IMG/VR virus record: IMGVR_UViG_3300025645_000053
Location: 1 to 64,000 of that record
Reading direction: 5' to 3' (one strand)
DNA: 64,000 nt
Source: a virus
Both the position numbers and the translations under genes were made by a program. Under the pieces are notes generated by a model. That model saw only the letters and a list, made by a program, of their open reading frames with translations. It searched no databases and had not been told where the DNA came from. Below are positions 39,136-48,465 of the stretch, piece by piece; the first letter of the stretch is position 1; each line of letters opens with the position of its first letter.

Positions 39136-39378
39136 ATGGCATATAGCAGTTTAGGATCATACAAGAATCATCATTACACTATTGATGATCCTATATCTTT
39201 ACGTAGGGAAGTGCGTGAGCACGATACTAATAAATTAGTAGCATTTGTATCAAAGGAAATAGTTGACGCGATGCAAGACGATATTACGTTAAAATTGGAG
39301 ATTATTAGAAGTGCTGGCATGTTAACGATTAACCCGTGGTCTTTTGAACCATACACCACAAAAATTGAGGATTTATAA
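39136..39378 (+). CDS. Hypothetical protein
   Basis: ORF with its own TTGACA/TATAAT promoter. Confidence 0.6.
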   Translation: MAYSSLGSYKNHHYTIDDPISLRREVREHDTNKLVAFVSKEIVDAMQDDITLKLEIIRSAGMLTINPWSFEPYTTKIEDL

Positions 39379-39653
39379 TGTACAAGTTTATTGATAGCGA
39401 CCAATATGATACAATGCCAATACAGATAACTGAAGGAGATTTTGCTGATACAGTTTTTCGTTATCATAGTCTAGAAATTACTGAAGAAGAGGACGGCCTG
39501 AATATCAGTTACAAATTCGATATAATCGAAGGCAGTGAAGAACTCCGCGAAGATGTAAAATTCCATGAGCTGATGAGTGCAACTTTGAATACGATAGTTG
39601 AAGCAAGCGCCAAAGAAGCCATTGAAGCTAAGGAACTTGTTGATGGAAACTGA
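39378..39653 (+). CDS. Acidic hypothetical protein in the gp40 position
   Basis: uvsX-40-41 synteny; weak sequence support. Confidence 0.5.
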   Translation: MYKFIDSDQYDTMPIQITEGDFADTVFRYHSLEITEEEDGLNISYKFDIIEGSEELREDVKFHELMSATLNTIVEASAKEAIEAKELVDGN

Positions 39654-41031
39654 GTTAGAGTCGATGATCCTAAAGAGCCTTATAACTAACGAAGGTTTTA
39701 CAAGAAGAGTAATCCCGTTTTTAAAGAAAGAATACTTTGAAGGACGCCATGCCAATATCTTCAATAACATTATTGATTTTGTTGCAAAGTATAATAAGTT
39801 GCCTAACATTGAAGCGCTAAGCGTTGAGCTGCAGTCTGGTGATATATCAGATGGTCAGTATGAAGAATCCGCAATGGCTTTAAATGACCTTAAGAACGTT
39901 GATGAAAAGGTTGATGAAACTTGGTTACTCGACTCAACTGAAAAGTGGTGCCAAGACCGTTCTATTTACCTAGCAATTATGGAATCTATATCAGTTATTG
40001 ACGGCAAACACAAAACTTTATCAAAGAATAGTTTACCTGAGTTATTACAAGATGCTTTAGCAGTTTCCTTTGATACCAACATTGGTCATAGTTATCTTGC
40101 TGATTCCGACTCTCGGTTTGAGTTCTATCACAGGAAAGAAGCACGTTTGCCGTTTGATTTAGAAATGATGAATCGTATTACAAAGGGTGGGTTACCTCCA
40201 AAAACATTGAACTGTATCATGGCATCGTCAGGTGGTGGTAAGTCACTAATGATGACGCATATTGCGGCTGCGGCTATGATGCAAGGCAAAAACGTTCTGT
40301 ATATTACAATGGAAATGAGTGAAGAAAGTATAGCACAACGTGTTGATGCAAACATGCTTAATATTTCACTTGATGACTTACTTTTGATGCCTAAGAATCT
40401 ATACACTGATCGTATGGCAAAACTGAATAAAAAAACTAATGGCGAGTTAATCATAAAGGAATATCCAACAAGTTCTGTTCACTGTGGACATTTCCGAGCA
40501 TTACTTAATGAATTAAAAGTTAAGAAGAAGTTCGTCCCACAACTCGTAGTTGTTGATTATATTAATATCTGTACAAGTTCAAGATTGAAAGGTGGTGGTA
40601 TGGATAACTCATACATGTTAATAAAATCAATAGCTGAAGAATTGCGTGGACTTGCTGTTGAAAATAACTTTCCGATTATAACCGCAACGCAAACAAACAG
40701 AGCAGGCTTCGGTGATACTGATGTTGATATGAATAACGTTTCAGAATCATTTGGTTTACCGGCAACATGTGATATGTTACTTGCATTGATTACAACACCA
40801 GAACTTGATGAATTAAACCAAATAATGGTAAAACAATTAAAAAATCGTTATGGTGACATTAGCACATATACTCGTTTCATGCTTGGTATTGAACGCGCTA
40901 AAATGCGTTTATACGATGCCGAAGATGACGCTAGTGATGGACTTGTAACAAGCAATTCTGCACCAGTTGCTTCAACTTCACCATTCTCAAAGAAAGAAAA
41001 ACCACAAGGCTTCCAAGGATTTAAAGTATAA
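39643..41031 (+). CDS. 41: Replicative helicase gp41 (DnaB family)
   Basis: GGGKS, ITMEM, IKEYPT, VDYINI, IAEELRGLAVE, QLKNRY. Confidence 0.96.
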   Translation: METELESMILKSLITNEGFTRRVIPFLKKEYFEGRHANIFNNIIDFVAKYNKLPNIEALSVELQSGDISDGQYEESAMALNDLKNVDEKVDETWLLDSTEKWCQDRSIYLAIMESISVIDGKHKTLSKNSLPELLQDALAVSFDTNIGHSYLADSDSRFEFYHRKEARLPFDLEMMNRITKGGLPPKTLNCIMASSGGGKSLMMTHIAAAAMMQGKNVLYITMEMSEESIAQRVDANMLNISLDDLLLMPKNLYTDRMAKLNKKTNGELIIKEYPTSSVHCGHFRALLNELKVKKKFVPQLVVVDYINICTSSRLKGGGMDNSYMLIKSIAEELRGLAVENNFPIITATQTNRAGFGDTDVDMNNVSESFGLPATCDMLLALITTPELDELNQIMVKQLKNRYGDISTYTRFMLGIERAKMRLYDAEDDASDGLVTSNSAPVASTSPFSKKEKPQGFQGFKV

Positions 41032-41525
41032 TGATAAGAGTAATATTTGCAGTAGAAACTCACATGGGGTATTCTAATAAGGGCACGATGCCTGATTGGA
41101 AAAGTACAGCTGACTTTAAGCATTTCAAAGAAAGCACTGAAGGTCAGATAGTAGTCATGGGGTCGAAGACATGGGAAGATCCTATGATGAAAAGACCTTT
41201 ACCTAACCGCATTAATTGTGTTGTTTCTACACGTGACGATTTGATTAATGCTGATAAAATAAATCATTTAATAAGCAGCCAAGATCTTGTAAGTCAAATG
41301 CGATTACTTGAAAAAACGTATCCAAACAAAGATATCGTAATCATCGGTGGGTGGAATATTATTAGTCAATGTTTACCTGTTATCGAGAAAGTTACTTTAA
41401 CTGTAATGTATGAAAAATACGAGACTGATAAGAGACTTCCTTTGGGTTGGTTAATAGGATACGGTCTAGGTAAAACGTTTAAACTGTCGGATGGCAAAGG
41501 AAAAGTGGTTGAGTATATAAAATGA
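41031..41525 (+). CDS. frd: Dihydrofolate reductase
   Basis: DFKHFK, VVMGSKTW, RPLPNR, IIGG. Confidence 0.9.
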   Translation: MIRVIFAVETHMGYSNKGTMPDWKSTADFKHFKESTEGQIVVMGSKTWEDPMMKRPLPNRINCVVSTRDDLINADKINHLISSQDLVSQMRLLEKTYPNKDIVIIGGWNIISQCLPVIEKVTLTVMYEKYETDKRLPLGWLIGYGLGKTFKLSDGKGKVVEYIK

Positions 41526-42514
41526 GAGATTATGATAAAGTACTCAGAAACATATTAGAAAATGGCCAACCAACCGATGATCGTACCGGTGTTGGCACGT
41601 TTGCTACATTCGGCGAAAGAATGGAGTTTGACTTAAACGAAGGGTTTCCTGCTATAACAACAAAACGTTTGGCATGGAAGTCAGTCGTAAGTGAGTTACT
41701 TTGGTTCCTTGAAGGATCAGATGATGAACGCCGACTCGCTGAAATCCTGTATGATAAGCCTCGAGCAGAACTAGTTGATAAGAAAACTATCTGGACTGAT
41801 AATGCCGATAATCAAGGTAAAAACTTAGGATACATTAATAGCAATAATGCTAAAGGTCTTGGTCCAGTTTATGGCGTTCAATGGACAAGTTGGTATAACG
41901 GCGCAACTGACGAGCACCATAACCAAATAATTGAGTTGATTGATGGTATTAAGAATGATCCATATTCAAGAAGACATATACTAAATGCTTGGAACGTCTC
42001 AAATATACCAAAAGCAGATGATTTTATGACAAATGAGCCATTGACGAAAGAAGCGTTCTTAGAAAAATTAAAAAATAATAAAGAATTTAATTTGAAATAT
42101 GGGAAAAGACTAAAACCCGGACGAAACCCTATGGCATTACCGCCTTGTCATGTTATGGCTCAGTTCCATGTTCAGAATGGTAAGCTAAGTTGTCAGATGT
42201 ACCAACGGTCGGCTGATATGTTTTTAGGTATTCCTTTTAATATTGCAAGTTACGCTTTATTAACTCATATGATTGCTAGTATTACTGGATATGAAGTAGG
42301 TAAACTGATTATAATAATCGGCGATGCTCATATCTATAAGAACCATGTTGAACAAGTTAAAGAACAATTGTCACGTGAGCATTATCCGTTACCTACACTT
42401 ACAATGCCTGCTTTAGGTCCAACTGAAGTTAGCATTTCACGAACTAAAACCGTTGATTACATTCTTGAGAATTATAATCACCATCCAACTATTAAAGCGG
42501 AGATGGCCGTATGA
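41522..42514 (+). CDS. td: Thymidylate synthase (with a ~39-aa insertion)
   Basis: DRTGVGT, LGPVYG, ALPPCH, YQRSADMFLGIPFN, HIYKNH. Confidence 0.96.
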   Translation: MRDYDKVLRNILENGQPTDDRTGVGTFATFGERMEFDLNEGFPAITTKRLAWKSVVSELLWFLEGSDDERRLAEILYDKPRAELVDKKTIWTDNADNQGKNLGYINSNNAKGLGPVYGVQWTSWYNGATDEHHNQIIELIDGIKNDPYSRRHILNAWNVSNIPKADDFMTNEPLTKEAFLEKLKNNKEFNLKYGKRLKPGRNPMALPPCHVMAQFHVQNGKLSCQMYQRSADMFLGIPFNIASYALLTHMIASITGYEVGKLIIIIGDAHIYKNHVEQVKEQLSREHYPLPTLTMPALGPTEVSISRTKTVDYILENYNHHPTIKAEMAV

Positions 42515-42714
42515 TCGAATATGGAGTGTATCTAATATTTCTTGTAATAGCTTTAGCATTTACATATAGAAGTGCTAGCAATAAAGCATACAGTTATGGG
42601 TTTATTAGAGGCAGTACTGTTGCCAGCCAACGTTTAATTGGTTTGTTAATTGAGCATGATAAAATAACTGAAGATGAAGTACTGGCTTTTTTGAAATTAA
42701 TACGAAATAAATAA
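42511..42714 (+). CDS. Small membrane-anchored protein
   Basis: N-terminal TM segment. Confidence 0.6.
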   Translation: MIEYGVYLIFLVIALAFTYRSASNKAYSYGFIRGSTVASQRLIGLLIEHDKITEDEVLAFLKLIRNK

Positions 42715-42823
42715 ATGAATATGGATATTCTTTTAAGTTCTAAAAATAATGAAATAAACTATATACATTATCTGTAAATTTGATATAATAGATCTACAAA
42801 TTGAGTTAAGGAATAAAAACATT

Positions 42824-43072
42824 ATGAAAGATTTAAGAACTGTACTAGACCTAATATGCGAACTTGCTGACAACGATGCCGCTGCTGCTTATCAAATACC
42901 TAACGCATCGTTCGATGACGTTTACTTTGAAATCCCTTTTGAAAAATTTGAAATGCTATCAGGCTTATCGCTTGAAGCTGCTCAAGACTTAGAATTTAAC
43001 GAAGAATACCAAGGTTGGGTTGCTTACGACAAATGCCTAGACGCGGTTGTTCTTGGCGGCGCTGAATGTTAA
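42824..43072 (+). CDS. Early acidic hypothetical protein
   Basis: Behind promoter cassette 42722-42820. Confidence 0.7.
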   Translation: MKDLRTVLDLICELADNDAAAAYQIPNASFDDVYFEIPFEKFEMLSGLSLEAAQDLEFNEEYQGWVAYDKCLDAVVLGGAEC

Positions 43073-43198
43073 AAGGTTTTGAATTAGTAGGAACGGAATA
43101 TGGATATTCTTTTTTGTTCTAACAAAGTTATTGACATGGACGTCAATAGTTGATATAATAGTACCATAAATTGATAAACAAACTAAAGGTAATAAAAC

Positions 43199-43396
43199 AT
43201 GACAAACCAAACCACCGATCGTCGCAATGAAAAACTTAGTGCTAATTCAAAATTTGCAATCACCACCCCTGAAGGCAAACGCTTTCACGTTTCAACAAAT
43301 GAAGGGTTGAACGCTATGCTTGAAAGCGGTTTCGTTCCACAAGATTCACTTATTCAAATTGCGTCTTCAACTAACAATTCAAACGTTACAAAGTAA
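43199..43396 (+). CDS. Early hypothetical protein
   Basis: Behind promoter cassette 43101-43190. Confidence 0.65.
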   Translation: MTNQTTDRRNEKLSANSKFAITTPEGKRFHVSTNEGLNAMLESGFVPQDSLIQIASSTNNSNVTK

Positions 43397-43408
43397 AGGA
43401 ATTAAATT

Positions 43409-43636
43409 ATGAAAGACAGAGATGCTATTCAGTTTTTACTAGGCGCAGCGTTTGGCGCTGTTGTTGTAACTTTAGTAATGGCTAACATTAACGCTGACGC
43501 CGTCAAAGCTGCAGAAATTCAAGAAAGGCTAGCCAATATATGCTTTATGACTGGTTCTACTCCCAAAGAATATGACAGCTCAGGCGAGTTAATTTGTGAA
43601 AACGGCGCATCATTTAATTATAGCGATTTTGAATAA
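43409..43636 (+). CDS. Small membrane-anchored protein
   Basis: N-terminal TM segment and a Cys pair. Confidence 0.65.
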   Translation: MKDRDAIQFLLGAAFGAVVVTLVMANINADAVKAAEIQERLANICFMTGSTPKEYDSSGELICENGASFNYSDFE

Positions 43637-43701
43637 AGTTGTTGACATCGTGCGCAATACTTGTTATAATAGATCTACAAATTGAGTTAAGGAATTAAAT
43701 T

Positions 43702-44037
43702 ATGAATAACATTGATACTGCTTTAGAAGAACTTGTATTGGCTATGAAAGCCGATTACGACTTAATGCTTGCTACGTCTGAATATACTGCTTCACGTGAC
43801 CAGCTTGTTGTTAACATTGTTAAAGCTCGCAATTATGCTAAAGTGGTGGTTGTGACCGACCGTGGTTATGAATCTGCGGCTGGCTTCGTAGCTTTAAAAG
43901 ATAACCCTAAAAAAGGTTTATTGTTTGGTGATTTGCTAAAGTCTTCTTCATGGGATGCTCCAGCAACAAACTTTGCTCGAGGTAACTTGTTTCAAGCCGG
44001 TTGGCAAAACTGCGTAAGATGGGTGGGTATAGGATAA
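43702..44037 (+). CDS. Early hypothetical protein
   Basis: GDLLKSSSWDAPA..ARGN motif seen in phage early proteins. Confidence 0.7.
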   Translation: MNNIDTALEELVLAMKADYDLMLATSEYTASRDQLVVNIVKARNYAKVVVVTDRGYESAAGFVALKDNPKKGLLFGDLLKSSSWDAPATNFARGNLFQAGWQNCVRWVGIG

Positions 44038-44181
44038 TGGCTGAACGATACGAAGCTGATCGCCATGATACTTAATGGTAATGTTTAAACTTATATAGAT
44101 ATTCCTTTTTGTTCTATAAAAACTATATACATTGTGCTTGTTTATTGATATAATAGCTACTCAATTAATAAGGAAGCACAT

Positions 44182-44604
44182 ATGTCTAAATACGTTAAAA
44201 ACACAATCATCGCTAATACTGATTTCTCTAATACTGACTTATCAAATTCTACATACTTAAATTGCTCATTCGTTAACTGCAATTTCACAAATGCTATCCT
44301 TGACAATTCTTCTTTTGAAAACTCATCGTTCATTAATACTAATTTTATAAATGCCTCAATTAAAAACTGCAATTTCACAAATGCTAATTTAGCCGGCCTC
44401 TATTTATCTGAATGCCTAAATACTACAAATTGTAATTTCACAAACGCTAATTTAGCTGCAACCGTTTTTGCATTCTTGCTTGATCTTGCTGACTGTAATT
44501 TCACAAATGCTAATCTTACCAATACCGACTTTCAACAAATTCCATTAAATAAAAACATATTTGATAATACTGCATCATTTGATAAATATCAAACAGCGGC
44601 CTAG
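44182..44604 (+). CDS. Pentapeptide-repeat protein
   Basis: Four CNFTNA(N/I)L units plus regular 5-residue periodicity. Confidence 0.9.
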   Translation: MSKYVKNTIIANTDFSNTDLSNSTYLNCSFVNCNFTNAILDNSSFENSSFINTNFINASIKNCNFTNANLAGLYLSECLNTTNCNFTNANLAATVFAFLLDLADCNFTNANLTNTDFQQIPLNKNIFDNTASFDKYQTAA

Positions 44605-44617
44605 CCGTTTGATTTTA

Positions 44618-44625
44618 TATAAATA
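44618..44625 (+). promoter_or_regulatory. Late promoter TATAAATA
   Basis: Consensus after a terminator-like hairpin; heads the 44.6-55.9 kb cluster. Confidence 0.75.
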
Positions 44626-44657
44626 CATTATTACAAATTTAAAAGGCGAAGTTGTTA

Positions 44658-46034
44658 ATGGCTTACAATTTTAGACCAAAGAATGTTAATGAGATTCTTT
44701 CAAAAAATAAAAAGAATGGCTTCGTTGCTGCGAAAATATACGAAGCCATTCTCAAAAAATACGATGCGATAATCGTGCTCGACCCAAGTTCGACGTTTAA
44801 TTTAATAAAAATACCTCGAGGAGTTGGCGACAGCACTACAATAACCGCAGTTAAACAATTCCTAAAAACTGAAAAAATTGACATTGGTGACTTAAAACTA
44901 GAATTTGGCGATGGCTCAGGTCGTGCTACTGGTACTGATGCAATCACAACAGCTAAACAAGAAAACGTAACCCGTCTTTATTGTCAAACATATATGAATA
45001 CTAACGGTAAATTTCCGTCTAACGCCGAAACTAAAGAAATATACTCTGATGTAAATGATGAATGGTTTCGCACATTTGAAGCTCAAGCAATATCAATTTG
45101 TAAATGGCTTGGCTCGAATGGTTATATCTTCTCAAGAGATGAAGGTATTATGCCTTATCTTGAAAATGTTGCAAAGAAATGCGGAGTCACTACTAAAGAT
45201 TCTTGGAATCCTGCTGATATATATGCGGTTAAGAAAAACTCACAAGATACAATTCTTAAGGATTTTGCTGCAATAGGTGAACGCAAAATGGATAAAGCTG
45301 CAAAGCTTGATGCGCTTAATTCTTATATGCGTTCAAAAATAGCGACTAAAGAACTAGTCGGCATTTCTCTTAAGAAGCTATTAAAAGGTAAGGTTAAAAC
45401 AGTTGAACTCACCAATGCTAAAAGGAAAGAACCGCTTAGTGATATTGAGATACTTCCATCAAGTATCAAACTCAACTTAGATATTAGTGCTAAGAACGAA
45501 TTTGTCACAGGTGATTTCTCAATGAAAATTAAAGCAGAAGGTAAAATTGTTGCGGTGCAAGTCCGTGCTTTTGCTGGCGGACCACGTGAATCTACTCAAA
45601 TGGATATGGGTGGTGTAGGTGCTGCAGCAAAGCTTGGTAAAGTTTCAGCTAACGAAGCAATAGAGCCATTTATTAGAAAACACGGACTCCAAAGACGTAT
45701 GGGTACGCATTTACCAAAAGTCGGCAAATGGACTGAGAAGGATATAGTTAAATATATTGCCGAACAAAAAAGTTTAAAGTCAGTTAAAATTGGCGGAGTA
45801 TCAATCGACTGGGGTAAGAGTGATTGGGGTACAGTTTTGCGTGACGCAATAGAATATGAAAAAGACATATCAAGAACAGCTTCACAGTTAAGCGCTAAAT
45901 TGCAATGCTTCCAATGGGTTACGATATTCGACACGATTCAACGTAAAGGAAAGCTTCAAGAGTTTTTATCAGTGCTTTACTTTGGTGCAAAGAAACAATA
46001 CGATACGGCTGGACCGTTTTTAAAGGTAGCATAA
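44658..46034 (+). CDS. Putative PD-(D/E)xK-fold nuclease-like protein
   Basis: TAKQE, DSWNPADIY, LVGISLKK. Confidence 0.55.
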   Translation: MAYNFRPKNVNEILSKNKKNGFVAAKIYEAILKKYDAIIVLDPSSTFNLIKIPRGVGDSTTITAVKQFLKTEKIDIGDLKLEFGDGSGRATGTDAITTAKQENVTRLYCQTYMNTNGKFPSNAETKEIYSDVNDEWFRTFEAQAISICKWLGSNGYIFSRDEGIMPYLENVAKKCGVTTKDSWNPADIYAVKKNSQDTILKDFAAIGERKMDKAAKLDALNSYMRSKIATKELVGISLKKLLKGKVKTVELTNAKRKEPLSDIEILPSSIKLNLDISAKNEFVTGDFSMKIKAEGKIVAVQVRAFAGGPRESTQMDMGGVGAAAKLGKVSANEAIEPFIRKHGLQRRMGTHLPKVGKWTEKDIVKYIAEQKSLKSVKIGGVSIDWGKSDWGTVLRDAIEYEKDISRTASQLSAKLQCFQWVTIFDTIQRKGKLQEFLSVLYFGAKKQYDTAGPFLKVA

Positions 46035-46930
46035 TGAAATCATTTAAGCGATATTTGACCGAGATAAAAGCCACTCAAAGGGTCGGGATTCAACATCTTG
46101 ACAAATTAACACCCACCAAGTTTCTCCAATTAATGAAAGTCTTTAAAGATGATTTCAATGGTGTGTTGCCTAGTAAGCAATTGCAGGTAACAGAGAAACT
46201 TGATGGTTCTTCAATACGTTTAGGAATGAATGGCAATAACGAATTCTTTATCGAGTCATCATATTCAGGTCCAGTGTATAAAGCCGGTGACTATACTGAT
46301 TATGTAATTTCAAGAGGGTATGAAGCTAATGAAGTTTCAAAGAACTTTGAGAATTTACTTGATGTATTGAAAAAGAATTCTAAGCTGCAAGCAGTATTAA
46401 AGAAACATAACAATGGCGACGGCATCAAAATTATCGGTGAAATGTTTTATAATCCAATGGGTAAAGAAGTATCGAAAGATAAGATACGATTCATCTATAT
46501 TGATTATGATAAGTCTAAGTTAGCTGAATTGTTAACGGTCGTGCCTTTTAGCATCGAAGGCGATGTTGATAAGAAAGCGTTAATTGATGATTTAGTAAAG
46601 ATTTCAAATAGTAAGATTAGATTTGACAAAATAAAGTCAATGAATATTCCTGACATCGATTTGAACTTTGGTGTTGGTTCAATTGCCGAACTATTAAAGA
46701 ATTATGATAAAGCACTTGCAATATTACAATCAAGAAAGCATGCTGACCGTGAAGAGAAGGCTATCATAAAAGGTTTAATTGAAAAGGCACAAAGCGATGT
46801 CAGAACAACCATTTTACAATATATAAACAAAGGTAAGTATGGCGAAGAGTTCGAGGGAATCGTACTTGATATTCTTGGCAGTAAGTTAAAAGTAACTAGC
46901 GACGTATTCAGAAAAAGGTTTAAGAAATGA
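46034..46930 (+). CDS. ATP-dependent ligase-superfamily nucleotidyltransferase with capsid-targeting N-terminus
   Basis: MKSFKRYLTE; TEKLDGS (I), IIGE (III), FEGIVL (IV), LKV (V); no OB domain. Confidence 0.75.
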   Translation: MKSFKRYLTEIKATQRVGIQHLDKLTPTKFLQLMKVFKDDFNGVLPSKQLQVTEKLDGSSIRLGMNGNNEFFIESSYSGPVYKAGDYTDYVISRGYEANEVSKNFENLLDVLKKNSKLQAVLKKHNNGDGIKIIGEMFYNPMGKEVSKDKIRFIYIDYDKSKLAELLTVVPFSIEGDVDKKALIDDLVKISNSKIRFDKIKSMNIPDIDLNFGVGSIAELLKNYDKALAILQSRKHADREEKAIIKGLIEKAQSDVRTTILQYINKGKYGEEFEGIVLDILGSKLKVTSDVFRKRFKK

Positions 46931-47820
46931 TATCATTTAAAAAGTTTATAGCAGAAGGCGGCAATGCCGTTAAGGGTGTTACACGTATCAATCAAGAAAA
47001 CGTTGCTGGCACAATGAATAACATTTATAAAGAGATACTGCCAAAGTTAAAGTTAACGCAGAAGCAAACTGCAAGTTTAGGCTCAACTGGTAAAAAGAAA
47101 GCAGGTGGCTCAAGCGGTGATGTTGATTTAGCGTTAGACCTTGGAGCTATCGTTAAAAGCGATAAAGCAGTTAACACTCTTGATGATGTCTTTGATAAGA
47201 TAGTTAATGTAGCAAAATCATCTGGGTATGACTTCCGTGATATGAGGTCTATGGGATTAGTTTCTATATCATTCCCTATTAAAAACGACGACGGTAAACA
47301 AGAAGGAGAAACTGTTCAACTAGACTTGATGCCAACTGAGAATTTAGACTATTCTTCGTGGGCATATTATTCTCCAGCTGAATGGGAAAGCCAATGGAAA
47401 GGTTTATACCGAAACGAATTATTATATGCAATTGCTAGATTCATGGATTACAAGACCGCAGAGAAAGCAATGGATAAAGAAGGTAAGGAAGTCGATGCTT
47501 CATGGGAACGTAATTTCTTTGACTTATCGAAAGGTTTGCTTCGCGGTAAACAATCAAGGATGGGTAAAAAGGGATTAGTCAAGAGTTCTAAAACTTTAGA
47601 GAAGTGGCTATTAACAATGGATAAGGAAGAAATTGTTACTATGTTGTTCGGCCCTAAGTATAAGTCAACCATGATACTTACTTGGGAAGACGCGTTTAAA
47701 GCTGTCACTGACCCTCGGTTTGTTTACAAAAAGTCCGTTAAAAACATACTGCAAATGACTAAAGACGGCATAATTAAAAAAGGATATACCGTTCCACCAG
47801 AGTTAGATGCTATAGTATAA
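46927..47820 (+). CDS. Pol-beta-superfamily nucleotidyltransferase with capsid-targeting N-terminus
   Basis: MISFKKFIAE; LGSTG...GDVDL, VQLDLM. Confidence 0.8.
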   Translation: MISFKKFIAEGGNAVKGVTRINQENVAGTMNNIYKEILPKLKLTQKQTASLGSTGKKKAGGSSGDVDLALDLGAIVKSDKAVNTLDDVFDKIVNVAKSSGYDFRDMRSMGLVSISFPIKNDDGKQEGETVQLDLMPTENLDYSSWAYYSPAEWESQWKGLYRNELLYAIARFMDYKTAEKAMDKEGKEVDASWERNFFDLSKGLLRGKQSRMGKKGLVKSSKTLEKWLLTMDKEEIVTMLFGPKYKSTMILTWEDAFKAVTDPRFVYKKSVKNILQMTKDGIIKKGYTVPPELDAIV

Positions 47821-47889
47821 ACCCAATGTTAAGTTCCTATCTATTATAAATAAATCATCAGAAACTTATAATAGATGGGACATTGCCTA

Positions 47890-48465
47890 ATGAAAACCTT
47901 TAAAGAAACGTTGGTCGAAAAGAAAGTAACTATAGACGTTGATCATACCGGCGAAGATATTAAAACCGCTGAAAGAAAATACAAGATTAAAATTAAGCAT
48001 GATGGAGAAACTCAAGCTTATATCACTGGCGAGAAGAAAGACGTATTAAGGTTTCTTAAAGGTCCAGAATACAGTATGGACACAAGCGATATTAAAGAAT
48101 TTTTTCCAGAGTTATATGAATCGTTGGACGAAGCGTTGGATTTAAAACAACGCATGAAAGCAAAGCAAACCTTCCGTAAGAACAAAGCAAAGATCGCTAT
48201 TGGCAAAAAACGCGCCGAAAAGAAGATCGCATCTCCAGAAAAATTAAAAGCTCGTGCCCGTAAAGGCGCGCGTAAAGCAGTTGAGAAAATGATTTTAAAG
48301 AACAAGTCCAAAGAAGACTTGTCATTTTCTCAACGTCAAGCACTCGAAAAACGTGTTGATGCTAAAAAAGGCGCTATCGACCGTATAGCGAAAAAGATCC
48401 TGCCGGCTGTAAAGAAAGCTGAATTAGAAAAGAAACGTGGCGGGACAAAGAAAGATGAGAAATAA
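47890..48465 (+). CDS. Basic virion/core protein with capsid-targeting N-terminus
   Basis: MKTFKETLVE; K/R-rich helical C-terminal half; late promoter at 47845. Confidence 0.7.
   Translation: MKTFKETLVEKKVTIDVDHTGEDIKTAERKYKIKIKHDGETQAYITGEKKDVLRFLKGPEYSMDTSDIKEFFPELYESLDEALDLKQRMKAKQTFRKNKAKIAIGKKRAEKKIASPEKLKARARKGARKAVEKMILKNKSKEDLSFSQRQALEKRVDAKKGAIDRIAKKILPAVKKAELEKKRGGTKKDEK

Noticed and set aside
41999-42130. td intron as in T4
   Set aside because: The insert is only 132 nt, in frame, and shows no ribozyme core.
44157-44378. Minus-strand ORF over the pentapeptide gene, and the other short antisense or alternate-frame ORFs in the track
   Set aside because: They are shadows of well-supported + strand genes with no motifs or SD. 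Only the two HNH genes are credible on the minus strand.
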